The notes under the pieces were generated by a model. That model was not told where the DNA came from, ran no database searches, and was given only the letters and a program-made list of their open reading frames with translations. A program made the translations under genes and the position numbers. 64,000 nt of DNA from a bacterium (GTDB lineage: Bacteria; Zhuqueibacterota; Zhuqueibacteria; Residuimicrobiales; Oceaniaggregativiventaceae): contig JAKQNP010000036.1 of assembly GCA_029565675.1 (NCBI GenBank), positions 1,449 to 65,448 on the forward strand, written 5' to 3'. This document shows, piece by piece, positions 1-9,490 of this stretch (position 1 is the stretch's first letter; each line of letters opens with the position of its first letter).

Positions 1-6
1 CCTCAC

Positions 7-320
7 CATAGGTGTCAACTTAGTTCGTTTTGCCCCATTTTTTCTACTTCAACTGACCCCCGAGGGCACAACTTACAAGGCCCAACGGGCCGATTCATTT
101 TGGCAAATGGGTAAAGCCCATTGCATCCTCCATTCGTTTAGCCGGAGCCCTGCAGACCCCGGAAAGATGAATCGCCCCTTTGGGGCTGGTACATTTTTAC
201 AATACCCAACGCGGATAAGTTTCCTGCATTCCATAGTTGATGTGTAAATTATTGATAATGGTAAAGGGTGGAATTCATGATGAAGTTACCCTTAAGTTGA
301 CGGCTTTTGTGCCCTCACCA
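7..320. repeat. Non-coding nested inverted-repeat element (MITE/REP-like)
   Basis: GTCAACTTA (14-22) vs TAAGTTGAC (293-301); GAGGGCACAA (62-71) vs TTGTGCCCTC (307-316); CGATTCAT (91-98) vs ATGAATCG (167-174); short hairpins GCCCAACGGGC (80-90), AATGGGTAAAGCCCATT (106-122), GCCCCTTTGGGGC (174-186). Confidence 0.45.
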
Positions 321-346
321 ACCTCTAAATGAACCAATAACTAAAA

Positions 347-1087
347 CTACTGATCCAGAAAACTCTCGATTTGCTTTTTTAAATCTTCCGGATTTACCTC
401 TTTGTTTTTCAGGAGCAATTTTTGAAGTTTCTCCTTGGCTCCCTCATTATGCCTTGCAGTAAGCAGCCAGCTATCTACCACCAGCCTGAGAAGCACCACA
501 AGCACTGCTGCTGCAAACCCCGATTGCATGATGATAAAAAAGAACCCGGCAAGAATAGTGGCAAACTGCTGAATAAATATCCGGATATAAGGCTGAATGA
601 ACATGCCCTGTATGGTTTGCTGCTGATACTTTGCCGGTATGGCCCAATGGCGGATGGCATAGGTAATTTGGGTAACCGCCTGAATGGCAAACAACAGCAC
701 AAATTCCTGCTGCCGGAAAAGCCATCCGTAATTATGCAACAGGCTGAACCCGCTTTCAAACGCCGGCACCTTGTAGGTAAAAAACGAAAAGATGAAAATG
801 GACTGCCCGGCTACAAATGCATAATAATGCACCATAAAAAACAGGATGACCCCCGGGTGCTGAAGCGATTCTTTGGGGTTGGTTTGTTCCTCAAGCTGCT
901 GCGCTTTGCCCACCCGCAGCACCACCCCCATTTTAAACATGTGGATGATACCGATGATGATGGTTTCAAAAAAATAGGCCATTACCACAAACAGCGGATC
1001 CCAATGCCAGAAAATTAGCCCCCACAGCATGAGGATTGCCTGCAGAAAGGCAAATGAATTATATCGGTTGGGGAGGAGTTCCTTCAT
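347..1087 (-). CDS. DUF6498-like integral membrane protein
   Basis: 246 aa with several hydrophobic segments; WDPLFVVMAYFFETIIIG, FFMVHY and PYIRIFIQQF motifs resemble DUF6498. Confidence 0.65.
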   Translation of the reverse strand: MKELLPNRYNSFAFLQAILMLWGLIFWHWDPLFVVMAYFFETIIIGIIHMFKMGVVLRVGKAQQLEEQTNPKESLQHPGVILFFMVHYYAFVAGQSIFIFSFFTYKVPAFESGFSLLHNYGWLFRQQEFVLLFAIQAVTQITYAIRHWAIPAKYQQQTIQGMFIQPYIRIFIQQFATILAGFFFIIMQSGFAAAVLVVLLRLVVDSWLLTARHNEGAKEKLQKLLLKNKEVNPEDLKKQIESFLDQ

Positions 1088-1219
1088 GGTATTTTGGAAA
1101 GTATTCCTGAATTAAAGAGGGGAAGATATTAAATAATATCAGGATATTCTTTTCCAAACAACATTAACCACAAGGATTTTTTTCGATCTAAATATCCAAC
1201 AAGAGAAAAATAATCATTA

Positions 1220-2287
1220 TCAAAACTTGTTTAATTGATTGCACCAATGGTCAAAATCTTCTTTTTTCGGTATTATAAAATGTTGTACTACGAAAAAGCT
1301 CAATGGCAGGTTATGCTTTTGATTAAGCATTTGTGCTTCAAACATTTTCAATCGCTGTTTTAAAGTTGGCAAATAAAGTGCAGTTCTGCGGTCATTTATT
1401 TCTTGCTCTGTATTTCCCTTAATTGTGCCAAAACCTACACAAAAATTTTCCCGGGGCAGATTTGCATAATTATGCTCAAATCCCAATTTGCTTTTACCCA
1501 GTGAGTCATACTCTAATACCTGAAAATTTAACCCTCCAAGTTTGAAGGTTGAATTTGCCCGTTCAAGTAAGTCTGCCGCCACGCTGTTGTTAATATTTCC
1601 ATTTCGCACTGCTTCTTTAATATATTCGCTAAAGTCATATTTTCTGGAGTTTGTTCCCTCGGACTGATGTACCAGCAAATAAAAATAAATGGGTGAAATA
1701 ATATCAAACGTATCAATTCCAATTTTACGCTCGGTGGGTATTCCTTTATATTCTTTGAAAATTTCCAGCAAGGAATCCACAACAGCATGGTCGGTTATAG
1801 TCATGGAATCCCTGTAGGCGGTATAACCATTTTCCTTGAGCCTGTACTTCCTGTCCATTTGGGTAAGCCGGTACATTTTGGCACGTAATGCTTTATCAAT
1901 ACCAACATCCAAAGTATAACTATCTATTTCCTTTAAAAATTGTTTACCCTCTTTCGCAGCCAGAAATATTTTTATAATTGAGTCCTTATTATTTTTAAAA
2001 CGATTCGTTGACAACCCAAGTTCTATTACCTTTTTAAAGGAAAGATAGCTTTGGCGATAATCTTTTAGCAGAATACTGATATAACCATAATTGTATAGGT
2101 TACTGGCAAATTGCGGTGCATCTTTTAAGGTAAATGCATTTTTATAGGCTGCCTGGGCTGTAGGGAAATCGCCATTATAAAAACCCATTTCAGCTTCATT
2201 AATATACTCATAATATCTTGCAACAACCTGGCTTTTCAGGTTAAATTGGAAAATGATCAGAAGAAAAGTAATGGATAGTTTAATCAT
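1220..2287 (-). CDS. Secreted hypothetical protein, N-terminal TPR-like and DUF6624-like C-terminal region
   Basis: Signal-peptide-like N terminus; YYEYINEAE..AQAAYKNAF helical repeats; MDRKYR / GIPTERKIG / LLVHQ / INDRRTALYLP resemble the DUF6624 pattern; AT-rich. Confidence 0.55.
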   Translation of the reverse strand: MIKLSITFLLIIFQFNLKSQVVARYYEYINEAEMGFYNGDFPTAQAAYKNAFTLKDAPQFASNLYNYGYISILLKDYRQSYLSFKKVIELGLSTNRFKNNKDSIIKIFLAAKEGKQFLKEIDSYTLDVGIDKALRAKMYRLTQMDRKYRLKENGYTAYRDSMTITDHAVVDSLLEIFKEYKGIPTERKIGIDTFDIISPIYFYLLVHQSEGTNSRKYDFSEYIKEAVRNGNINNSVAADLLERANSTFKLGGLNFQVLEYDSLGKSKLGFEHNYANLPRENFCVGFGTIKGNTEQEINDRRTALYLPTLKQRLKMFEAQMLNQKHNLPLSFFVVQHFIIPKKEDFDHWCNQLNKF

Positions 2288-2478
2288 AAAAGAGGTTTAG
2301 AAGAAAAGATTAAGGAAGAAACAAATACCATCATTATGTTAAATATCGAGGTATCTTTTATGGTATTACAAACTAAAATTAAAGGGCAGATTGTTAAGGG
2401 TTTTGCAAAGGATGAAAGGGAGGAGATACTTTAACAATGGGTTTTGAGAAGTATTTCCGGAAAATTAAAATCACAAAT

Positions 2479-2510
2479 CATGCGCATCATATAAAACATG
2501 CGTATCTTTG
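2479..2510 (+). promoter_or_regulatory. Bacteroidota -7 promoter element with overlapping repeated operator of the TA operon
   Basis: TATCTTTG (2503-2510) fits TAnnTTTG; CATGCGCATC (2479-2488) and CATGCGTATC (2497-2506) form an 18-bp-period repeat. Confidence 0.5.
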
Positions 2511-2528
2511 GTCGTAAATCTCCATTTG

Positions 2529-2777
2529 ATGAAAAGCAGGCTGAATATTACCATTGATGAGGCGCTTATTGATGAGGCCAAACAGTATGCTGAAACCCAC
2601 CGCATTTCGCTATCAAGCCTTATTGAGGATAGTTTGAGGAAAATAGTAAGGCGGCAGCAGCCCAAAAAGCAAAATGTGCTTGATTTAATTAAAAAACTGC
2701 CAAAGCCAACAGGTAATACCGAATTGTATTCGACAGAACAATATTTAGAAGAAAACAAGGCGAAGTATGGCTTCTAA
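2529..2777 (+). CDS. Ribbon-helix-helix antitoxin (DUF6364/VapB-like)
   Basis: MKSRLNITIDEALIDEAKQYA..ISLSSLIEDSL RHH pattern; overlaps the downstream PIN gene; start moved to ATG 2529. Confidence 0.8.
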   Translation: MKSRLNITIDEALIDEAKQYAETHRISLSSLIEDSLRKIVRRQQPKKQNVLDLIKKLPKPTGNTELYSTEQYLEENKAKYGF

Positions 2778-3195
2778 ACTGTTTTTGGATGCCAATATAT
2801 TGTTGGATATCACCCTTCAGCGTCAGGGTTTTGTTCAGGCTTCGGCTATACTTGCTGCCGGCATTAACGGAACGATTAAATTATATACCACCCCCGCTGT
2901 GCTGCACGTGGTCGCTTATTACACCAAACGGCATTATTCTGAAGAGCAAACCAAACAGATTTTTTCGGCATTACTGAACGATGTAACCATCATTGATTGT
3001 TACCACGAAACTGCCTTGCTTGCCATTCATTCCGGTATCAATGATTTGGAAGATGCGCTTCAATACTACACCGCATTGACTCATCGCCTCCATGCTTTTA
3101 TTTCGTCGGATAAAAAATTAAAGAAAATGGCATTACCCGTATTGCCTGTGTACACCGCAGAAGAGTGGTTAGTTACGTTTGAACCCAAGGATTGA
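2767..3195 (+). CDS. vapC: PIN-domain toxin (VapC family)
   Basis: LFLDANILLD N-terminal motif, DLEDALQY and ISSDKKL acidic residues; coupled to an RHH antitoxin. Confidence 0.85.
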   Translation: MASKLFLDANILLDITLQRQGFVQASAILAAGINGTIKLYTTPAVLHVVAYYTKRHYSEEQTKQIFSALLNDVTIIDCYHETALLAIHSGINDLEDALQYYTALTHRLHAFISSDKKLKKMALPVLPVYTAEEWLVTFEPKD

Positions 3196-3214
3196 TTATC
3201 GCAGATTCTTAAGT

Positions 3215-3222
3215 TATTTTTG
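3215..3222 (+). promoter_or_regulatory. Bacteroidota -7 promoter element
   Basis: TATTTTTG fits TAnnTTTG, 26 bp upstream of ATG 3248. Confidence 0.4.
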
Positions 3223-3247
3223 ATTCATCCCCCCAAAACTGAACTTT

Positions 3248-4198
3248 ATGCAACACAATCCCATTTGCCAACTCTTCTCCATCCGCTACCCCATCATCCA
3301 GGCCGGTATGATTTGGGCAAGCGGCTGGAAACTCGCGAGCGCAGTTAGCAACGCCGGTGGGCTCGGCCTGCTTGGCGCCGGCAGCATGTACCCCGAAGTG
3401 CTTCGGGAGCATATTCAAAAATGCAAAGCAGCCACCGATAAGCATTTTGGGGTGAACCTGCCCTTGCTGTACCCGGATATCGACAAGCATGTACAGATCA
3501 TCATCGAAGAAAAAGTACCCATTGTATTTACCAGCGCTGGCAATCCCAAAACCTGGACGGCCCTGCTGAAGCAGCATGGCATAAAAGTGGTGCATGTGGT
3601 TAGCAGCAGCAAGTTTGCCGGGAAGGCGCAGGAAGCGGGCTGCGATGCCGTGGTGGCCGAAGGTTTTGAAGCCGGCGGGCACAACGGGCGCGAGGAAACC
3701 ACTACCATGGTGCTGATTCCGGCAGTGGTAAAGGCGGTTACCATTCCGGTAATTGCGGCAGGCGGCATTGCCACAGGCGCCCAAATGGCAGCGGCACTTT
3801 GTCTTGGCGCATCGGGGGTGCAGGTAGGTAGCCGTTTTGTGGCTACGCCCGAAGCATCTTCGCACCTTGCCTTTAAAGAAGCGGTGGTAAATGCGGGAGA
3901 AGGCGATACGCTGCTGTCCTTAAAACAACTCACCCCGGTCCGGCTGCTGAAGAATAAATTTTTCAATGAAGTGTATGAAGCCGAAACCCGCGGGGCCACC
4001 AAAGAAGAACTGGCGCAACTGCTTGGCCGTGCGAGGGCAAAAAAGGGCATGTTTGAAGGGGACCTTGAGGAAGGCGAACTGGAAATAGGGCAGGTAAGTG
4101 CACTGATTAAGGAAATAAAACCGGCAGGGGAAATTGTGGAAGAACTGTGGCAACAATGCCGGGCAACTTTTCAATCTTTCAAACAGATCATGGAATAA
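3248..4198 (+). CDS. Nitronate monooxygenase / FabK-like FMN-dependent oxidoreductase
   Basis: YPIIQAGM, AVSNAGGLG, EGFEAGGHNG, PVIAAGGIATG, GVQVGSRF motifs. Confidence 0.9.
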   Translation: MQHNPICQLFSIRYPIIQAGMIWASGWKLASAVSNAGGLGLLGAGSMYPEVLREHIQKCKAATDKHFGVNLPLLYPDIDKHVQIIIEEKVPIVFTSAGNPKTWTALLKQHGIKVVHVVSSSKFAGKAQEAGCDAVVAEGFEAGGHNGREETTTMVLIPAVVKAVTIPVIAAGGIATGAQMAAALCLGASGVQVGSRFVATPEASSHLAFKEAVVNAGEGDTLLSLKQLTPVRLLKNKFFNEVYEAETRGATKEELAQLLGRARAKKGMFEGDLEEGELEIGQVSALIKEIKPAGEIVEELWQQCRATFQSFKQIME

Positions 4199-4241
4199 TC
4201 AAAATGGAATAACTACATTGCTTTTTCTAAAAAAACACCTT

Positions 4242-5606
4242 ATGAACGAAGTAAAAATTTTGCTCCCCGAAAGCGAAATACCCACACACTGGTACAACAT
4301 ACAGGCAGATATGCCCAACAAGCCGCTGCCGCCGCTGCACCCGGGAACCAAACAGCCCGTTGGCCCGCAGGACCTTGCCCCGCTTTTTCCCATGGAACTG
4401 ATCAAGCAGGAAGTAAGCCAGGAACCCTTTATTGAAATACCCGACGAAGTGCGGGATATTTACCGTCAGTGGCGCCCATCACCCTTGTTCAGGGCTCGCA
4501 GGCTGGAAAAAGCACTGGATACCCCTGCCAAAATTTACTACAAATACGAAGGGGTTAGCCCAAGCGGCAGCCATAAAACCAATACCGCCGTTGCGCAGGC
4601 CTACTACAACAAGCAGGAAGGTGTAAAAAAGATTACTACCGAAACCGGCGCCGGTCAGTGGGGAACCGCCCTCAGCATTGCCTGCCAGATGTTTGGCATT
4701 GAGTGCGATGTATATATGGTGCGCATCAGTTTTAACCAGAAGCCTTACCGGAAAGCGCTGATGAATGCTTTTGGCGCCACGGTGTACAGTTCGCCAACCA
4801 ACCGTACTCAGGCGGGCCGCAACATTCTTGCCAGCGACCCCGATACCGCCGGCAGCCTCGGCATTGCCATCAGCGAAGCCATTGAAATGGCGGTGCAGGA
4901 TGAACATACCAAATATGCCTTGGGCAGTGTATTGAACCATGTACTTACGCACCAAACCATCATCGGGCAGGAATGCCTGAAGCAAATGGAAATGGCCGGC
5001 GATTTCCCGGACATTATTATTGCTCCTTTGGGAGGCGGCAGCAATTTTGCCGGCATCTCGTTCCCGTTTGTCGCCGATAAAATAAACGGCGCCGATATTG
5101 ATATTATCCCTGTCGAACCCTCATCCTGTCCGACCATGACCCGCGCACCATTCGGCTATGACCACGGCGATACCGCCCAGATGACCCCCTTGCTGGCCAT
5201 GCACTCACTCGGTCACAATTTTGTTCCTGCGCCGATACATGCCGGCGGTTTGCGCTACCACGGCGTCGCGCCGCTGATCAGCCATGTCATTCGGCAAAAA
5301 CTCGCCACTCCGCGTTCGATCGACCAATTGGAATGCTACGCAGCGGCAGTGCAATGGGCGCGGACTGAGGGTTTTATCCCGGCTCCGGAAACCAGCCATG
5401 CTATTGCTGCCGCTATTCAGGAAGCCAAAAAAGCCAAAGAAGAAGGCAAGGAAAAAGTTATCCTCTTCAACTGGAGCGGCCATGGTTTGTTGGACCTGAT
5501 CGGCTACGACAAGTACTTTAACGGCCAACTGACCAACTATTCGCTGCCGCAGGAAGAGATCGATGCTGCTACTGAAATCATGAAAAAATACCCCAAGCCC
5601 GCTTGA
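4242..5606 (+). CDS. trpB2: Tryptophan synthase beta-like PLP enzyme (TrpB2); possibly chimeric
   Basis: SGSHKTNTA (PLP lysine), TETGAGQWG, GGGSNFAG, IHAGGLRYHG, PAPETSHA, SGHGLLDL; start placed at MNEVKILL. Confidence 0.92.
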   Translation: MNEVKILLPESEIPTHWYNIQADMPNKPLPPLHPGTKQPVGPQDLAPLFPMELIKQEVSQEPFIEIPDEVRDIYRQWRPSPLFRARRLEKALDTPAKIYYKYEGVSPSGSHKTNTAVAQAYYNKQEGVKKITTETGAGQWGTALSIACQMFGIECDVYMVRISFNQKPYRKALMNAFGATVYSSPTNRTQAGRNILASDPDTAGSLGIAISEAIEMAVQDEHTKYALGSVLNHVLTHQTIIGQECLKQMEMAGDFPDIIIAPLGGGSNFAGISFPFVADKINGADIDIIPVEPSSCPTMTRAPFGYDHGDTAQMTPLLAMHSLGHNFVPAPIHAGGLRYHGVAPLISHVIRQKLATPRSIDQLECYAAAVQWARTEGFIPAPETSHAIAAAIQEAKKAKEEGKEKVILFNWSGHGLLDLIGYDKYFNGQLTNYSLPQEEIDAATEIMKKYPKPA

Positions 5607-5732
5607 AAGGGGAGTGCTGTTCGTTGTTTTGCCGGGCATTTGGTGAGCTTTGGTCAACTGGTTTTGATCTGAACGCGATGCAGGCACAAAGACAGCTTTT
5701 GTACTCATGCGGATTGCAGTTTGCAGGAAGGG

Positions 5733-5771
5733 AAAGAGGTGCACGGCAGGTATTTGCGGTGCACCTTTTTT
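5733..5771. terminator. Probable bidirectional intrinsic terminator between convergent genes
   Basis: AGGTGCAC ... GTGCACCT stem, A-rich on the left and followed by a T run. Confidence 0.55.
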
Positions 5772-5774
5772 GTA

Positions 5775-7607
5775 TCAGCGCAGGGTTTCGGTTACTTGCA
5801 AAGTTTTAAAATCATAGTGCCGTTTGCGGCCTTTGTAAAGGATCGTCAGCTCCTGGCTGTCTACGCCGGCCTGCAAATAGGGTCCGTCGAACAATTTGAA
5901 CTGCGAGTAATCGACCGGCCGGCCATCGATTTTGCGCTGGTCGGGATAAACGAATTCGAGTTTTTTGCCGTCTATATTGGTAAAAGTCACCGCGACCTTG
6001 CCGCTTTGCATCTGCCCTTGCGGAATGCGTTTGCGCAGAACCTGAGCGAATTTTTCGAATGATCCGATTTCCGCTTTGGAACGCACTTCGATTACATAGC
6101 CGTTCTGCAAATGCCAACTGCGCAAGCGATAGTTGCGCAGCAACATGTCATCGCCGCCTTCATGTGTGCCGGTCGCCTGGTTCCAGATCTGCTGTTTGAG
6201 TTGGTATTCTTTGCTCCACTCGCCGGGTTGCAGCGGATACCAGCCGACAAAAGTGTCCCCGGCTTTGCACAGAATCCAGCCGCTGTCATCGATCAGACGT
6301 TGATCCAGATTGGCCGGGAAAAAGCCATCGATGTGATTCGATGTGGTGCCGATCGGGATGTCATAAAGCACCAGCAGAGTGTTTTTGTGCTGAAAGGTGA
6401 ACTCGTGATAAGAGCCGCCTGTCCATTTGTTTGGATTGTTGTAGGTGGCTTTTGACGCAGTGATGCCAGCCATCGAAGTTTTCGCTTCCTCGGGGAAAAA
6501 GGTGCCGATTTCACGAAACGACCAGTAGGGGTGAAGACCAAAAATCACCGAGTAGGGTTTGCCGCTGTCGTAGCGCACTGACCATGTTTGTTGTTGGATC
6601 GGCTGCAGCAGATCGCCGTGCAAAGAACCGATCACATAGTCTTTGGTCATATACGTTGTTTTGTAGACCGGCGGATTGAGCTCTGTGCCATAGCGGATGT
6701 TGTTGCGGACTCGCTTGCGCTCTTTGTGCACATAGGGAGTTTCGCGATCGTTGGCGATCAAGTAGATGATATAGGGCATTTCATAGCCGGATAGCAGAGG
6801 ATAGAGTATCCAGCCGCTGAATTGCGGATCGCCGGCAGCGAAATAAACATAGGCAAAAGGCGAAGAAGTGGACGTGGCGAAATTCATCAAATTGGGTTCA
6901 TAAATGCGGCTGTGACCGCCGCCGTATTGCTGCTTGAGATGCTCGGCGGCAAAATCGGCAAGAAAATAGTCGGCCAACATGGTGCCGAGTTGCTTGACGG
7001 CCGGATCCTGCGCATGACCCGCGAGCAGGGTAGCCGCGATCATATACTCTGCCAGGTAATCGGGTGAATCGAACTCGCCCTGGCCCCTGCTGGTGGTCAA
7101 TTCAGCCCAGGAAAACAAGTACTCTTTGCTTTCGCGACGATTTTCTTCCGAACTGCGGCCGTTATACCACTCCGATCCAGGCAGATCAGGCCATTGCTCA
7201 GCCGCCAAAAAGAGGGTGGCATAATACATGGCCCAGTGGTTTTCGGTATCGCCTCGGGAGGGAGCATAGGTCTTCCATGCTAATCGTACTGCTGCTGCTG
7301 CCTCGGCTGACATTTTATCCTTGCCGGCCAGATAGGTGCCGATGCAGGGAAACATCCAAAACATGTCACCGCTGGGATTTTGCAGCGACGAGATGACCAT
7401 CGAGTCTGCCAGGGTGATATTGTTCCCGGTCGCGTAGCGGGCGGCCGCGACGTTCAGGTTGACCCGTGTCGAAGTATCCAGATGAGCAATCGCCCAGCGC
7501 ACCCGCTGTTGAAAAGCCGCGCGATACTCGGCTTCGCTTTGCAGCCTTGCCTGCGCAAATACCGGCAATGCAAGAGCCAGCAGGACGATCGAAAAAAGAC
7601 GTTTCAT
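5775..7607 (-). CDS. Secreted hypothetical protein, possible (alpha/alpha)-toroid plus beta-sandwich carbohydrate-active enzyme
   Basis: Signal peptide MKRLFSIVLLALALPVFA; helical N-half with GDTENHWAM and GEFDSPDY; beta-rich C-half; function not recognised. Confidence 0.7.
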   Translation of the reverse strand: MKRLFSIVLLALALPVFAQARLQSEAEYRAAFQQRVRWAIAHLDTSTRVNLNVAAARYATGNNITLADSMVISSLQNPSGDMFWMFPCIGTYLAGKDKMSAEAAAAVRLAWKTYAPSRGDTENHWAMYYATLFLAAEQWPDLPGSEWYNGRSSEENRRESKEYLFSWAELTTSRGQGEFDSPDYLAEYMIAATLLAGHAQDPAVKQLGTMLADYFLADFAAEHLKQQYGGGHSRIYEPNLMNFATSTSSPFAYVYFAAGDPQFSGWILYPLLSGYEMPYIIYLIANDRETPYVHKERKRVRNNIRYGTELNPPVYKTTYMTKDYVIGSLHGDLLQPIQQQTWSVRYDSGKPYSVIFGLHPYWSFREIGTFFPEEAKTSMAGITASKATYNNPNKWTGGSYHEFTFQHKNTLLVLYDIPIGTTSNHIDGFFPANLDQRLIDDSGWILCKAGDTFVGWYPLQPGEWSKEYQLKQQIWNQATGTHEGGDDMLLRNYRLRSWHLQNGYVIEVRSKAEIGSFEKFAQVLRKRIPQGQMQSGKVAVTFTNIDGKKLEFVYPDQRKIDGRPVDYSQFKLFDGPYLQAGVDSQELTILYKGRKRHYDFKTLQVTETLR

Positions 7608-8626
7608 GGTTGCTCCTCATTCGTTTTGATGGTCAATCCCCAGACATGCCCTTTGTCGACGCCGATAAAATTCCACGATTTGCCGCTGTCTTCCGACAGA
7701 TAAACGCCGCTGTTGATGGTTCCGGCATAGATGCGTCGGCCGTTGAACGGATCGACCGCCAGAGAATGAATGTCGAGATCGTCCAATCCGCGAAAATGGT
7801 GTTTCCATGTCTTGCCGCTGTCCGTCGACTGGTACACACCGGTTTGGAACCCGCCGGCATACATGGTGGTCGGCTGCTGCGGATCAAAAGCGAGGGCGTA
7901 GAAGGTATTGTGCATGACTCCTGTATCGCATTTTTCCCAGTTCTCCCCGTTATTCAGAGAAGCATAGATACCGTTATCCTCAGTACCGGCAAACATCAGT
8001 TCCGGCTTTTGCGGATTCTGCACGACGATGCGGATGTTGCGCACCGCCAATCCCAAACGCTGCCATTTTTGCCCGGCATCGGTGCTGCGATAGACGCCGT
8101 CCTCGGTTGAAATGACGATTGTGTCTGGATTGCGGCTGTCGAGAAACAGGGAAGAGACAAACGTCGCATCCACATTGTTAAGTCCGAGGTTGTGTTGTGT
8201 CCAGCTGTGTCCGCCATCGATGCTTTTGTAAAAGCCATAGGGCGAAGTCGCGTACACGATGCTTGAATCTGTGGGGTGGAAGCGGATGTTGTTCACCTCG
8301 GTCATGCGCCAGTCGCTGGTTACTTTCCAGGTCTTGCCGCCGTCCCACGACATCTGCACGCCGTTGTGCGTCGCCAAACCGAGAATCCTGCCATTGGCAG
8401 GCGCAAAACGATCGACGTTGTAAGCCCGATTGTTCGGCCGCCCGGAGAAATACCAGACGGTATCGGACAGCGAGCGATAAAACAAACCCGACTGCGTGTG
8501 ATTTTGACCGGTGTGGGTGTAGCTGGTTGACAGGGTAACGGCATAGACGGTTGCCTCACCGCTCTGCAGCGACCCGACAAACAGCACACAGAGCATAAAA
8601 AACAGGGGTGCTAACAATTTGGACAT
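7604..8626 (-). CDS. Secreted BNR/Asp-box beta-propeller protein
   Basis: Repeated SxDxGxxW boxes (SWDGGKTW, SIDGGHSW, STDAGQKW, STDSGKTW, SEDSGKSW); GAGG upstream of ATG 8626; ATGA overlap with next gene. Confidence 0.85.
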   Translation of the reverse strand: MSKLLAPLFFMLCVLFVGSLQSGEATVYAVTLSTSYTHTGQNHTQSGLFYRSLSDTVWYFSGRPNNRAYNVDRFAPANGRILGLATHNGVQMSWDGGKTWKVTSDWRMTEVNNIRFHPTDSSIVYATSPYGFYKSIDGGHSWTQHNLGLNNVDATFVSSLFLDSRNPDTIVISTEDGVYRSTDAGQKWQRLGLAVRNIRIVVQNPQKPELMFAGTEDNGIYASLNNGENWEKCDTGVMHNTFYALAFDPQQPTTMYAGGFQTGVYQSTDSGKTWKHHFRGLDDLDIHSLAVDPFNGRRIYAGTINSGVYLSEDSGKSWNFIGVDKGHVWGLTIKTNEEQP

Positions 8627-8829
8627 AAAGCATTCCTCATGTCTGGGTTTAAAACAAAAGGTGGTTTGCTTGATCCGGAAGGTGTTGCGCCTGTTTAAGG
8701 CGGTATTGTGAAGAGACAAATTTGCAGTTTGAGCGAAATATTAAATGTGACCTGCAGCAACTGATTAAGCACAATTTGATTTTTGCCACCTTTACGGTAC
8801 GAATTTTTCTCAATAAAACCAATGCTTTT

Positions 8830-9468
8830 TTAGCACTGGTGCTTCACCCATTCTGCCATGGAGCGGAATATTATCCAGGTCGATGCTGCCCCGGCGTCTC
8901 GATGGCCGAGGGAGCGTTCGCCGAGGGATTTCGCGCGACCTTGTTTTGCATGATAGCTTTTGGTCATCTCCAGGCCTTCATATGCAGCTTCCGCTGCGGC
9001 TTCGAGCATTTTGTGGATGCCGGATTCTGAATTCTTTCGCATCGCATCGACAGCAGGTGCAAGGGCATCAACCATGGTTTTGTCGCCCAATTGCGCACCG
9101 CCCCTGGTCTGCATCGCCTCGAGACTGCGCTGAAACAACTCGGCAAGATCCGCTGCATCGAGCTCTTGCCTTGGCACCATGGCCTTGGCTCCAGCCATAA
9201 ACAAGCTGCCAAAGATCACTCCGGATGCTCCCCCCATAGACATCAGCATTGATCTTCCTGCCAGCACAAAAATTGTACAGGGATCTGGAATTTTATCAAG
9301 ATTGTTTAAAGCCTCGAGAACGTTCTCCATACCGACCACCATCCCAATACCGTGGTCTCCATCACCGATCGCACTGTCCAACTCGGTTAAATAATCCTTA
9401 TTTTCGATTATTTTTCCTGCTATATAAATAAGCAGTTCTCTGATGTCTTTGCCGTTCAGCGTTTCCAT
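8830..9468 (-). CDS. dhaL: Dihydroxyacetone kinase-family subunit DhaL
   Basis: LDSAIGDGDHG, GGASG, GDKTMVDAL, GRAKSLGERSLGHRDAGA; start at METLNG. Confidence 0.9.
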   Translation of the reverse strand: METLNGKDIRELLIYIAGKIIENKDYLTELDSAIGDGDHGIGMVVGMENVLEALNNLDKIPDPCTIFVLAGRSMLMSMGGASGVIFGSLFMAGAKAMVPRQELDAADLAELFQRSLEAMQTRGGAQLGDKTMVDALAPAVDAMRKNSESGIHKMLEAAAEAAYEGLEMTKSYHAKQGRAKSLGERSLGHRDAGAASTWIIFRSMAEWVKHQC

Positions 9469-9490
9469 ATCACTTTCTCGACTCAACGAT

